In this document: positions 21,116-31,349 of the stretch, piece by piece
Numbering within the stretch: position 1 is the first letter of the stretch
How the letters are laid out: every line of letters starts with the position of its first letter
Origin: Methanotrichaceae archaeon
Lineage (GTDB): Archaea > Halobacteriota > Methanosarcinia > Methanotrichales > Methanotrichaceae
DNA length: 49,658 nt
Reading direction: 5' to 3'
NCBI GenBank assembly: GCA_963803145.1
Contig: CAWDLW010000004.1
Span: 1-49,658 of the forward strand
The notes under the pieces: generated by a model
Told to the model about the DNA's origin: nothing
The model's input: the letters and a program-made list of their open reading frames with translations, nothing else
Databases searched by the model: none
Position numbers and translations under genes: made by a program

Positions 21116-21445
21116 TTATATTCTCCCATGATCGCTAGGCACCCACCGCATAATCACTCTATGAAGCTGTTCTGCTCCAACGATTGGATCAGGCCCAGGA
21201 TCAAGCTCAGACGGATATATTAAGAATCCGCGCAATTGGTCGCCTCCCATCCCTCCATGTGATCCCACAAGCTCTTCGAAGGCTGCTATCTCTCCTGTCC
21301 CAGAGTTGTAGAAGCTGTTGACGACAATATCTGCAACATTGGTGAAGCCGCTCTCCTTGCGGAGCCTCTCTGCTGCAAGCGTTCCAAAGCCTGCGAGTGG
21401 GTTTATCCCTTCAACACAATCGTTCTGCAGATAGTAAATCCCATT
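21116..21445 (-). pseudogene. C-terminal remnant of an alkaline-phosphatase/phosphodiesterase-superfamily gene
   Basis: Startless 110-codon frame NGIYYL...ADIVVNSFYN...AFEELVGSHGGMGGDQ...GAEQLHRVI, preceded by an in-frame TAA. Confidence 0.7.
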
Positions 21446-21639
21446 TTATTTCCTATTTTCCGGAATCCTTATAGTGCCAGGTTGTATTCTCTGAATGGCG
21501 CTGAGTTAGTGAGCTAAGTATCGATCACATTACAGTCACCGCATTAGTCTTCTTGAACCCAAATATTTTAGCAGTCAATTTACCCAGTTTCCTTGTTATG
21601 GAAAAAAGGAAAAAGAATCTGTAAAAATAAATATAAAGA

Positions 21640-22830
21640 TCAATAAGTGCTTATCTCGCCCTTAAATATCATCTGCTGGATCTTGGGAATATTAGCCAGA
21701 CAGTCATCCAGCATCTGAGTAGCCTGTGCCTCAATGCTAGCGAAATCAGCACCGTTCTTTGGTACTATTTGAACGCTTGCGATATGCGGCTCATCGATGG
21801 GCTTGCCTATCTGCGAAAGGATCTTAATGTATATCTCGTCTATGCCCTTGATCTCTTCAGCGATCTGCTTGGCTGCAACCATTGATAGGAGATTATAGAT
21901 CTTGCCCACATGGTTTATCGGATTCTTGCCGCAGGTTGCCTCAAGGCTCATGGGCCTATTGGGAGTTATCAGACCGTTCGCCCTATTTCCGCGGCCCACA
22001 GCCCCATCATCCCCCATCTCAGCCGATGTGCCGGTGACTGTGATATAGACAGATCCGCTCTCAATGTTGTCGGCCACGTTCATCTGAGCCTGGACTTTGC
22101 GAGAAGTGAACTGAGAAGCATAATTTGTTATATGCTCCACGATATCCATCTTCATATCAGCATAAGCCTTCAGATCTGCCACATACTTATCGACCATTGC
22201 GCAGGCAATGGTGAGATTGATTAAATCGCCCTCCCTCATTCCCATTACCTTGATATCTTCGCCTATGGCAGGCATGCTCTTCTTGAGCCTCATAAGCTCT
22301 CTCTCAGTGTTATAGACGATAGTCTCTGTCTCTGAAAGCGGAGCATAGCCCACGCCGAATGATGTATCATTTGCGCTTGGGATCTTTCGTCCGAAGACGT
22401 CGCGAAGGTCCGAGGAACCCATGCCAATCCTAGCATCGAGGATGAGCTGATTATTGATATCTAGGTTGGATAAGGATTCACGTAAGAGATTCCTGGCGGC
22501 CTTGATGGCAATAGTATCTACTGGAATCTCCTCTTCCTTGAAAACTTTCGTCGCCCTGCCGGTGAGGAGAATATAAATCGGGCAGATGACCTCTCCGCCG
22601 CCAAACTCTGGTTTGGACCTTCCGGCCACTATCTGCGTTTTATCCGTATTGTGATGGAGCACCGCTCCGAACCTATCAAGGTACTCCTGGCAAAGAGCCC
22701 TGCTGATTGACTCCGCTAGCCCATCGGCTACGCTGTCTGGGTGCCCAATGCCCTTGCGTTCTACTAGCTCTATCTCCTGCTGTTCTATCGGTCTTTGATT
22801 GAGGCGCTCGACCTTGATATTTCTTTTCAT
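21640..22830 (-). CDS. mat: Archaeal S-adenosylmethionine synthetase (methionine adenosyltransferase)
   Basis: [20 protein letters not shown] and [13 protein letters not shown]. Likely ATG at 22830 after gagga (ORF track starts at 22878). Confidence 0.96.
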   Translation of the reverse strand: MKRNIKVERLNQRPIEQQEIELVERKGIGHPDSVADGLAESISRALCQEYLDRFGAVLHHNTDKTQIVAGRSKPEFGGGEVICPIYILLTGRATKVFKEEEIPVDTIAIKAARNLLRESLSNLDINNQLILDARIGMGSSDLRDVFGRKIPSANDTSFGVGYAPLSETETIVYNTERELMRLKKSMPAIGEDIKVMGMREGDLINLTIACAMVDKYVADLKAYADMKMDIVEHITNYASQFTSRKVQAQMNVADNIESGSVYITVTGTSAEMGDDGAVGRGNRANGLITPNRPMSLEATCGKNPINHVGKIYNLLSMVAAKQIAEEIKGIDEIYIKILSQIGKPIDEPHIASVQIVPKNGADFASIEAQATQMLDDCLANIPKIQQMIFKGEISTY

Positions 22831-22989
22831 GACTAATCCTCGATGATGATCTTGATTTGGGCTTAAGGAGAAATCCAATTACATATTAATGCTTTGCATC
22901 TTCTACAGATTCCTGGGGCAGGTATTGTAGATTCGAAAAGGTTAAAACGGGCGCAAATGGTAAATCCATTCCGATGAAATAATTATGGT

Positions 22990-23892
22990 ATGAGACTTAT
23001 TTACGTGGCAGGAAAAGGCGGAGTAGGGAAAAGCGTTACCTCGGCATCAACAGGCTTATGGACGTCTACACATGGACAGGAAACACTCGCCTTCTCGATG
23101 GATCCTGCACATTCTCTGTCAGACATTTTCGACATGGATATAGGGGCTCAGCCAAGAAAGATCAGCGAGCACCTTTATGGTTATGAGCCCGATCTCAGGG
23201 AGGAGTCCAAGTCATTCTACAAAAAGTACAAGAGCATGCTCACTGCACTCTTTGGTCTTTTTGAGATGGAGGTCAGACCTGAGGACTTCGGAAGTATGCC
23301 CGGTGTAAACGAGCTCATATTCATGGATAAATTGAACGATATTTACGTCGAGGGCAAATACGATGTGGTTGTGCTCGATTCGGCTCCAACTGCAATGGTC
23401 ATGCCGCTGCTTCAGCTGCCTTCAGTTACTACCGGCTTCGTTGCGAGGATGCTCGGTGTAAAGAACCGGTGGATGGGTTTTCTGAATATGGTTGAGGCTG
23501 GATTTGGAGATGCCGTCCTGACAGAGATAAGGAGCATGAGGATCAAAGCCGATAGAATGAGAGGCGCCCTGCTCGATCCTAAGGTTGCCACAGTCACTGT
23601 TGTAACAATTCCTGAGAAGGCGGCTGTAATGGAAACCCAGCGACTGATCGATACTGTAGAATCTCACGGAGTCCATGTCGAAGCAATAGTCATCAACCAT
23701 GTAATGAGAGATTGCGACTGCGAGTATTGCACACGCAGAATGGCATCGCAAACAGCCTACATCGATTCTATAAAGAAAAAATATAGCGATAAACGCATTG
23801 CTATACTGCCTGATTATGGCGGAGAGGTTAAAGGGAGTTCGCTGAACCAGGTTGCAGAGGATCTGTACGGTAAAGGGCAATTGGTTGTCTGA
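22990..23892 (+). CDS. ArsA/GET3(TRC40)-family ATPase, single domain
   Basis: GKGGVGKS, DPAHSLSD, DSAPT and C-terminal CDCEYC. Confidence 0.9.
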   Translation: MRLIYVAGKGGVGKSVTSASTGLWTSTHGQETLAFSMDPAHSLSDIFDMDIGAQPRKISEHLYGYEPDLREESKSFYKKYKSMLTALFGLFEMEVRPEDFGSMPGVNELIFMDKLNDIYVEGKYDVVVLDSAPTAMVMPLLQLPSVTTGFVARMLGVKNRWMGFLNMVEAGFGDAVLTEIRSMRIKADRMRGALLDPKVATVTVVTIPEKAAVMETQRLIDTVESHGVHVEAIVINHVMRDCDCEYCTRRMASQTAYIDSIKKKYSDKRIAILPDYGGEVKGSSLNQVAEDLYGKGQLVV

Positions 23893-23979
23893 AGGAGCGG
23901 TATCCCCAAATCATTATTTTTTTATGCTGTTTAAACCTTTATGCATGAAGTAAAAAGGGATTATAAAAGTTTTCTGCTA

Positions 23980-24405
23980 TCACAGCAGTGTATCTCTTCC
24001 GGAGCCCGCAGGATACATCACCATTACGGGCCGCTCTGTAGTCTGAGCGATAGACCCGGGATCATTCATAAAATCCTGGAATAGAAGATCTATAGGCATG
24101 AGGGCTTTATCTTTTATTAGGGCAGTTCCGTTCAGAACAATCGGCGTAGTGTTGCTCATGAACGCCGGATAATACCACTCGGTAGGCGCTAGCAATGGAT
24201 AGAGCTTTCCATTAAACACCTCGTAGCCATGAGGCGTTCCTCCCCAGTACCATAGATCATTTGTGCTGCTATCTTTGTTGGAAACAAACTTATTGCTGTA
24301 CTTTATCAACCACGAATCGCCGAAATTTCCTCCTACGTCTTGGGTCATCGCAAGGCTTAGGCTGCACAGTGCTAATGCTATGAATAGTATCAGTAATATT
24401 CTCAT
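23980..24405 (-). CDS. Secreted hypothetical protein (Methanothrix-type family)
   Basis: Signal peptide; LWYWGGTP and DPxxxAQxTxRPV motifs. Confidence 0.7.
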   Translation of the reverse strand: MRILLILFIALALCSLSLAMTQDVGGNFGDSWLIKYSNKFVSNKDSSTNDLWYWGGTPHGYEVFNGKLYPLLAPTEWYYPAFMSNTTPIVLNGTALIKDKALMPIDLLFQDFMNDPGSIAQTTERPVMVMYPAGSGRDTLL

Positions 24406-24552
24406 GTATCTCTCCCCCATGGAGAATAGGCAGGCCTAATAAAAGCTTTTTCCTTAAGCACGCAAATTTATATATTCGCGATCTAGCTTAACCAATGCCA
24501 AATGTATTGAATTATGGTTTTAAGCTAATAATAAGTAAAATAATAAAAAAAA

Positions 24553-25212
24553 CTAGGGCATAATCTCTTGCTTAAATCTCTCGAATCCCACCTCATCAAT
24601 GAACTCGCCAAGGCGCTGCTTTTTCGCATGATCTTTATAGTAATCGAGGATTCTATCTATGAGGCTTAGCGCCTCTTCATCTGTCAGGCTTTCAGCAAAA
24701 GGCTGACCGACCCTTGGCTTGACACCACTGCAACCGCCGACTACCATCTTCCAGCCTTTGGAGGTACCTATCAGGCCTATATCTTTTATCGCAGATTCTG
24801 CGCAGGAGTTGGCACATCCTGATACGCCCATCTTAAGCTTCCAGGGAAGCGACATGCCGTGATATTTCTCGTCAAGCTTGAGACCAACGCCTACCGAATC
24901 TTGCTGTCCCCTCTTGCAAAACGTGGTGCCTGGACATATTTTGACACTTCTCACGCAGAGCCCTATGGCATGGCCCGGCTTCATATCCAGATCCTTCCAA
25001 ACATTATCGATATCTTCGGGCTTAATTCCTACGATAGCGATTCTCTGCGCAGATGTAATCTTCAAAACCTTGGCGTTGTACTTTTCAGCCACATCGGCGA
25101 TCTTCCGCAGCCCTGCAGGCGTGATTATGCCGCCGGGAATATGGGGAGCAATGGCAAAGGTTTCCTTATCTCTCTGCACAATGGCACCTTTCTCTAGAAT
25201 ATCCTTGGACAT
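24553..25212 (-). CDS. Small siroheme-[4Fe-4S] nitrite/sulfite reductase (low-molecular-weight assimilatory type)
   Basis: Ferredoxin-half domain PHIPGG..LRKIADVAEKY..KITSAQR; ligands CPGTTFC and SGCANSC. Confidence 0.88.
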   Translation of the reverse strand: MSKDILEKGAIVQRDKETFAIAPHIPGGIITPAGLRKIADVAEKYNAKVLKITSAQRIAIVGIKPEDIDNVWKDLDMKPGHAIGLCVRSVKICPGTTFCKRGQQDSVGVGLKLDEKYHGMSLPWKLKMGVSGCANSCAESAIKDIGLIGTSKGWKMVVGGCSGVKPRVGQPFAESLTDEEALSLIDRILDYYKDHAKKQRLGEFIDEVGFERFKQEIMP

Positions 25213-25281
25213 ATCTTAACCTCTAATTGCTTTTTCTATTTTCGGCTTATATTAAAGCTCTGATTATTGAGATAAAAGTAG

Positions 25282-25310
25282 TATCAAAATTATCAAAATC
25301 GATTTTGATA
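25282..25310. repeat. Perfect 20-bp palindrome plus an extra direct half-site
   Basis: tatcaaaatc|gattttgata at 25291-25310, preceded by tatcaaaat at 25282-25290. Confidence 0.8.
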
Positions 25311-25314
25311 GTAA

Positions 25315-25749
25315 TCAAGCTGTGATTCCTTGAGCCACAGCTCTTCCGAGGCGGAAGCATCTCTCGATATCCTCTTTTTTCGGTACCTGATAGGCTGTCG
25401 TTCCCGGCTCAATGACATTCATTCCGAATGATTGCATCCTTTTTATCAATGTTGGCACGCCTTCGCCACTCCAGCCGTATGAGCCAAATGCGACTCCAAC
25501 TTTGCCCTTCAGGTTTGCTTTTTCCATCTCCTTCAAGAAGGGGTCCATGGCTTTGATCAGCTTGTAGTTGTAGGTAGAGCCGCCTAGAAGGATCGCATTC
25601 GCGTCCAATATATCCACAAGCGTGGCATCGTATGCATCCTTCAGGACAATATCAACACCTTCTATTGTCTTTGCACCATCTGCTATTGCCTCTGCCATTT
25701 GCTTAGTTCTTCCGAGGCCGCTCGCATAAATTATCGTCATCTTAGGCAA
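25315..25749 (-). CDS. Flavodoxin (short chain)
   Basis: IIYASGLGRT, GGSTY and FGSYGWSGE. Probable TTG start at 25749. Confidence 0.9.
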   Translation of the reverse strand: MPKMTIIYASGLGRTKQMAEAIADGAKTIEGVDIVLKDAYDATLVDILDANAILLGGSTYNYKLIKAMDPFLKEMEKANLKGKVGVAFGSYGWSGEGVPTLIKRMQSFGMNVIEPGTTAYQVPKKEDIERCFRLGRAVAQGITA

Positions 25750-25906
25750 GAATATCCCCCTAATTAGTCTATTCAACATTTATAACTAATTTTTGGTGGT
25801 CGTGATTCCGAAAATGCTTTGTCAAAGATAGCTGAATTGTGCTACCAAACTTAACATAATTAGAACTTTATGCGCAAATAAAAGCTTTGAAACCAGCCTG
25901 GATAAT

Positions 25907-26080
25907 CTAATGGTGTACCAGGGAGCTGATCATCAGCACTAATACAAATATTCCTCCTAGGCCAAGAAGAACATGCCATGGTTGAATCGGCAATCCTTCC
26001 TTTGTGTGCTTTGGCCTATTCTTCAGAGTTTCTTCTGTCCATTTATCATGTACCTTCATGGCATCGCTTTTCTCAATCAT
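25907..26080 (-). CDS. 57-aa protein with a single C-terminal TM helix (tail-anchored-like); not in the ORF track
   Basis: MIEKSDAMKVHDKWTEETLKNRPKHTKEGLPIQPWHVLLGLGGIFVLVLMISSLVHH*, with a ggtga RBS. Confidence 0.6.
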   Translation of the reverse strand: MIEKSDAMKVHDKWTEETLKNRPKHTKEGLPIQPWHVLLGLGGIFVLVLMISSLVHH

Positions 26081-26257
26081 CTCATCACCAGGCTTTCTTA
26101 AGCCGACAATTATTATGCATAGTACATTAAGCTTATTACAGACATATTTACAGGAACTGAATCCATTTTTGCTATAATGCCTAATTTATTTTAAACGAAT
26201 ACCCAGCAGCATGGCATGAAGTGCGCATGTTTGACTTAAAGGTTTAACGATGATCTG

Positions 26258-26605
26258 TTAATACAACTTTTCTTCCTTGGCAGCCTCCTCTGGCCCCATC
26301 TCTTTCAGCTCCTTATTAAGGGAATAGCCGACTACGGTCCTTATTGCTACGATAACAGCCACCACTGCTATCTGGTCCAAAGTAGGTTCTAGAACGGTCT
26401 TTATGAGATCATCTGCTACAAAGAATTCAAGTCCAATCATTATTTTAAGCGTAAAATTTCTTCTCAGGGAGTTATAGCTGATATTTTGTTTCAACACCTC
26501 CTTTTCCAGGATCTGAGTTATTGCCAACAGACCCCCATAAAGTACAACTGCGGCCCCGCATATACCGAGAAAGCGCGCCACCAGATTGACAATTTCTTCG
26601 TACAT
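26258..26605 (-). CDS. DUF1622 membrane protein
   Basis: GLEFFVADDLIKTVLEPT...IVAIRTVVGYSLNKE. Confidence 0.88.
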   Translation of the reverse strand: MYEEIVNLVARFLGICGAAVVLYGGLLAITQILEKEVLKQNISYNSLRRNFTLKIMIGLEFFVADDLIKTVLEPTLDQIAVVAVIVAIRTVVGYSLNKELKEMGPEEAAKEEKLY

Positions 26606-26784
26606 ACTTTTTTAGTATATGTTATAACCCGACTTAAGGATTATTGGCTTAACTGTAATATTAGAAACGCCGAATTAATCAAAATAGTAATAGTAAATTA
26701 TAACATGGAAACATATAAATCATATAAACAGGCGATAGGAGGCAGATAATTGTATAATCTTGGAAAGCGTATACAAAGGCCGGA

Positions 26785-27345
26785 ATGGATTCAACAGAGG
26801 ATTTAACGGACGAGCACAAGGAAATAGCAGTCTTCTTGGCTATAGTGGAGGAGATCGCCAATAGGTTAGCATCGATGAAGGGAGCAAGTGCTGAGGATCT
26901 ACAGTGGCTCTTTGAGTTTAACAGGGACTTTGTGCTGAGAGTGCACCTTAGCAAGGAGGAGAGCCTATTTTTTCCTGTTCTTCGAGACATTGGTGTGCCT
27001 GAAGATCCAGTTAATGCTCTGACTGGAGACCATGATGCTTTAAGGGGTATCGCCAAAATAATCCGAGGCTTGATCGAGGATTATAATGATGGCGGTGACG
27101 GAGATGTAATCTCAGATCTAGTCGATATGTTGAGATTTTACTCTGCGTTTATGAAGGACCATATAGAGACTGAAGAAACCATATTCTATCCTATAGTTGA
27201 TAAATGCGTCTCAAAAGAGAACGATATGAAGCTTGCCGCTAGATTGAAATGCTCTGGAGCTGAGCGGATCGGCATCGGCAGAGATGAAGAGCTGCGTGAG
27301 ATCCTCGATAGCTTAAAGCTGTTTTATGGAATATCGAATGGGTGA
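26785..27345 (+). CDS. Hemerythrin-domain protein
   Basis: EH, HLSKEE, DH and HIETEE di-iron motifs. Confidence 0.88.
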   Translation: MDSTEDLTDEHKEIAVFLAIVEEIANRLASMKGASAEDLQWLFEFNRDFVLRVHLSKEESLFFPVLRDIGVPEDPVNALTGDHDALRGIAKIIRGLIEDYNDGGDGDVISDLVDMLRFYSAFMKDHIETEETIFYPIVDKCVSKENDMKLAARLKCSGAERIGIGRDEELREILDSLKLFYGISNG

Positions 27346-27451
27346 AGGATTTCATCTTAGCCTTGAGGATTGCAGCCGAGTTCTGCTCAATCCCTGATCT
27401 CAAAGAAAAATTAAATCTTCATCGGTCATCGCTCGCTATGTCCTGATGACC

Positions 27452-30400
27452 TCAGACTGACCAAGGCTGGTTAGGAGCTATCTGTACAGAATCCCCCGTA
27501 CCGGTGTAAATATATTTGACATATAACGGAGAGCCCTCTTGAGGCGTCCCAGCCAACGTTTCCTTAAACTGTTCCTCAATGGGCATGGTATCGATGACAG
27601 ATGGATCACAGTAGACCGCCGCGCCTAACGTTTCTGGTTCTTGATAGATCTTTGCCCAATCCGTCGCGCAAATCGACCAGTTGGTTTCAGGTCCTCTGGC
27701 AGGATTGCCGTTCTCATCGTAGTAGCATGCTTCGTAGAATTGATCATTTGCCGCAAAAAAGGTGTCAGGCACCTGCTCGAAGACGATAGGTATCCTCAGA
27801 GTTTCTCCGGGCTGCAGCGATGGGATAGCCACTGATTTTTGCACGAAGACGTGGTTCGGTTCGGATATCTCTAAAGTACCAGGCAAAGTCGGCTCGCCCT
27901 GGCTGTTCGTGACCTCAACTATCATGTAGGCCGGATGATACTGGTATGCTGGATCGGGCTTGAGCCCATTGGGGCCACCAGATCCAGAATAGTCGATGAA
28001 TGCATTGACTCCTTGCTTGACGGTATCAGGGTCAATCTGGTTCGCCAAATCGGCCATACCAGGGTCTACTCCAGCTTGAGCAAGTAATGTTTTTGTGAGG
28101 TAATCGGAGCCCATACTGGCTAACTGATCGAAGTTCGGTATACTTGGTGGAATGCCCATTGAGGCTAAACCTGTATCTATGCCAGTACTGACCCATGGAC
28201 CCACCGCACTAGAACAATCAGTATTCCCTAAGCAAATTGCATTGCTTATGACATCCACACAGACACTTTTGATGTCGTCCCAAGCTGTGGATACCCAGTT
28301 AACAATGCTCGCAAAGAAGTCCAAAATGGATTCAAAGAAATCCACTACCTCATCCCACCAGCTTTCATCCTTTGGTTTGGTGTACAAGTGATCGCCTTTT
28401 TTCCATAATGAACCTTCTGGGAAGAAGATCTGGCTACCCATTTTAATATCCTGAGGAGGATTATCTGATGTAGCGATGAAGTGATATTCAGCTTCTGGAT
28501 CTGCATTTTGTATCGGCGAGTAGGACAAAATCTTGACATCCGGTTGGAATACGGTAACAGGTACAGGTAATGCTATCTTTGGCTGCGTCTGCTGGCCATA
28601 ATTTATTATCCTTGTGGGCGATGAGTAACCTATGAAGGTGCCCGGACCACTTGGAATCAGGGCAACCACTCGGAGGTAATACTTAATCTGCAGTGGCTTG
28701 TTCGGGTCCCTGGGGGGCGCGAACTTGGAGAAGTCTATGCTGAACTCATGGCCTGATGCATATTTATCGGAGGAGAGGCCTGCAATCTCTCCGGCGCATC
28801 CAACCGATTTCATATCCGACTGATCAACGTTCAGCTTACCTCTGGCCACCAGGCCTTGTGGGTTCATCAGTTCCTCATTATTGAAGGGAACCTGAGAGAT
28901 CTGCCATTCAGCTGATGTTAGATTGGTAAGATTCGAGCTCCAGATGCACCATCTATTGAGGTCCTGGCTCCAGTCAACGTATGCATCTGATTCGAGATAC
29001 CAATTGTTCGAGCATGGGAACTCACCACCCATTCGGTACGGCCTTACGGAACCGTCTGCTACTGCAAGCTTGATGTTGGAACCGAACAAAGCAGATTGCA
29101 AGAAGGCCCATTTTGCCAGTTCAACAATTGGCTTCCCTACGATCACTTCCTTTTCGTCCGAGGGTAGACCCGTACAGTTGCCGTTGGAATCAAGAGGTAC
29201 TACACGAACATAGTAGGTGCGTCGCTCCTGTGGCAGGGCATTTATCAAAGCATCTTCCGAAAGAATGGCTGGTATTGATTGGGAGACCCCTGTGGCAACG
29301 AGTCCTTTGTTTATTATTGTACCCTGAGATCCTATGATTCCAGCAATGTTCTTTGTGACTGTAGCGTTTACGCTTCTCTGTTGACTGATCTTGAATTGAG
29401 GAGAGATGGATTTAGTCGTGAGTATCGGATTGAGGATCCTGCGACTTGCCATCAGGCCGCTAATGTTTTTGGTGATAGCGGCTTTATTGGAAGTGGACAC
29501 CATCATTGCAGGTCTGGAATCGATCTGCTTGACGGCGTCATCAGCCCATGATATGAAATTCTTGTTAGCTTGGACAGCCTGAACGTTCGAAGTATCCGTG
29601 TGTTCCAGATTTAAAGCAGCAACATTTTTGAATGAAGCCAGAATACTCTTTTGGAATATGAGATAAGGCTTGGACAGGCTCCAGCGATTAGCAATCTCTT
29701 TCTGAGTAGGTATGAACTTGCCGAAGTCTATAGCAAACTCATTTTCATTGGACCCTAATATGCCTTGAGCCAATAACCCTGGTGGATTGGCCCAGTTCTT
29801 TGGATCATATGGAAAAGGCATTATGGAGACCTGCCATACAGCTGATGCTGGAGGTATCATTGTAGTCGGCAACCATTTGAATCTGGCAGTGAGGTCGTTG
29901 CCACTTGAATCGATGAATGAGCTTGTACTATCTGCAAAGTCCAGATTTGCCGTTGTGTTAACCCCCAGCTTGGACATTGCAATCAACTGGAAATTCCTCC
30001 AGTCAAGGTGCTTCAGATTGACTACTGATCGCGCACTTCCTTGAATCACGGGATTATGCTTCTGAACTGTCGTTGAAGGCTCCTTATTTGGGGTCTGGTT
30101 AAGCATCGGCAGGATTCGCTTGCCAGCTATGGGCAACTCAACTTTTCCTGTCTCGCCCTGAGATACAATTGAAGGCGTTTTTATAGTGCTTGGACGAACG
30201 GAATTTTTAGTTTGAGCCTGGATTAGGGTAGCATTCCAGCTATAATCACCCTGGGCGCCAGTCTGGGTGAATGTGCCTTTCATTGTGTATATGCCATCAC
30301 TGGATCGTGATACTAGACCTGTATACTTCTGAGACCATTCGTTAGGCCTAACTCGATTGAACTCTACCCTTCCACCTTGATTTATGGTGCCTTCAATTGA

Positions 30401-30730
30401 ATCCACTGGTTCATTGCCGTTAGTTCGGGTCATCGTGCCGCGTATAACATTATTCGTCTGCGTCAGGTCAAGAACAAATTGAAAGATGCTATTGCCGATC
30501 ATATCCCACTTGCCGGAGATATTGTATGTTGGGTTAGATATTCCTTTCAAATCTGACACATAGGAAGAATTTTGAGCCGTGGCGGCAGGAAAACCACTAG
30601 CTTTTGTCAGTATTGCTGGCGAGGCCTTTATTATCGGTGCTTTTGCCATTGTTGGTGCATCATTTGTCAGTGATACCGATGCCGAAGTTATGATGAAACA
30701 CAAGCCCAAGCAAAGTAATAATGCCCTCAT
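27452..30730 (-). CDS. Large secreted multidomain hypothetical protein (1092 aa)
   Basis: Signal peptide, ggggaga RBS, internally repeated beta domains and an amphipathic Trp-rich helical segment. Confidence 0.8.
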   Translation of the reverse strand: MRALLLCLGLCFIITSASVSLTNDAPTMAKAPIIKASPAILTKASGFPAATAQNSSYVSDLKGISNPTYNISGKWDMIGNSIFQFVLDLTQTNNVIRGTMTRTNGNEPVDSIEGTINQGGRVEFNRVRPNEWSQKYTGLVSRSSDGIYTMKGTFTQTGAQGDYSWNATLIQAQTKNSVRPSTIKTPSIVSQGETGKVELPIAGKRILPMLNQTPNKEPSTTVQKHNPVIQGSARSVVNLKHLDWRNFQLIAMSKLGVNTTANLDFADSTSSFIDSSGNDLTARFKWLPTTMIPPASAVWQVSIMPFPYDPKNWANPPGLLAQGILGSNENEFAIDFGKFIPTQKEIANRWSLSKPYLIFQKSILASFKNVAALNLEHTDTSNVQAVQANKNFISWADDAVKQIDSRPAMMVSTSNKAAITKNISGLMASRRILNPILTTKSISPQFKISQQRSVNATVTKNIAGIIGSQGTIINKGLVATGVSQSIPAILSEDALINALPQERRTYYVRVVPLDSNGNCTGLPSDEKEVIVGKPIVELAKWAFLQSALFGSNIKLAVADGSVRPYRMGGEFPCSNNWYLESDAYVDWSQDLNRWCIWSSNLTNLTSAEWQISQVPFNNEELMNPQGLVARGKLNVDQSDMKSVGCAGEIAGLSSDKYASGHEFSIDFSKFAPPRDPNKPLQIKYYLRVVALIPSGPGTFIGYSSPTRIINYGQQTQPKIALPVPVTVFQPDVKILSYSPIQNADPEAEYHFIATSDNPPQDIKMGSQIFFPEGSLWKKGDHLYTKPKDESWWDEVVDFFESILDFFASIVNWVSTAWDDIKSVCVDVISNAICLGNTDCSSAVGPWVSTGIDTGLASMGIPPSIPNFDQLASMGSDYLTKTLLAQAGVDPGMADLANQIDPDTVKQGVNAFIDYSGSGGPNGLKPDPAYQYHPAYMIVEVTNSQGEPTLPGTLEISEPNHVFVQKSVAIPSLQPGETLRIPIVFEQVPDTFFAANDQFYEACYYDENGNPARGPETNWSICATDWAKIYQEPETLGAAVYCDPSVIDTMPIEEQFKETLAGTPQEGSPLYVKYIYTGTGDSVQIAPNQPWSV

Positions 30731-31067
30731 CTCTTATCTCCCCCAATCCTAAAGTTGCCTCAAAAAATTGGCCCAAGTATAGATAGGGCTTGTCATTGGT
30801 AGTTTAAAATATCTTCGGTCCTGATCTAAATGAGCAAGGAGATGGGCTATTACTGGGACAAGAAGGATGTTGATGAAGTCCTGACTAAAGTAGAATGCCA
30901 TTGGGTTAAAGTTTGTAGGATATAAGATCAGCAGCGAGAGATTTGTAGCATGGCACCCCAAAACTTAAAAATTGGGCGCTTCCTTCTAGGCAATAAATGA
31001 GTGAGATTGATAGGCATAAGAGTATCAAATTTGATTTCAGCAAGAGGTAGCTAGGGAGGTGAGCTAA

Positions 31068-31349
31068 TTGCCAACCGATAAGGAATCCGAGAATATTAAG
31101 AAGGCGATTAAGACTATAGGGGAATCCAAGCTTCCATTAAACAAGGCACTGATAAAGGATGTTGAGAGCGCTCTGATTAAAAAAGGCTATGATGATGCAA
31201 TTGTGTTTGCCGAGCAGGCTTACCTGTCTACAGACGTGAATGCTGAGATTGTTCGCGTTCTAGTTATTTGCAGACGCTATAACCTAAGTCCAGAGGCGGC
31301 TGCACAAGTACTTGATAGCTTAAGCATGAAATATAGCCAGGATGATTAG
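31068..31349 (+). CDS. Small all-helical hypothetical protein
   Basis: ggaggtga RBS before TTG; 93 aa. Confidence 0.65.
   Translation: MPTDKESENIKKAIKTIGESKLPLNKALIKDVESALIKKGYDDAIVFAEQAYLSTDVNAEIVRVLVICRRYNLSPEAAAQVLDSLSMKYSQDD

Noticed and set aside
30749-30961. 70-aa minus-strand ORF
   Set aside because: It occupies the upstream region of the 1092-aa gene, has no RBS or motif, and the opposite strand looks more coding-like.
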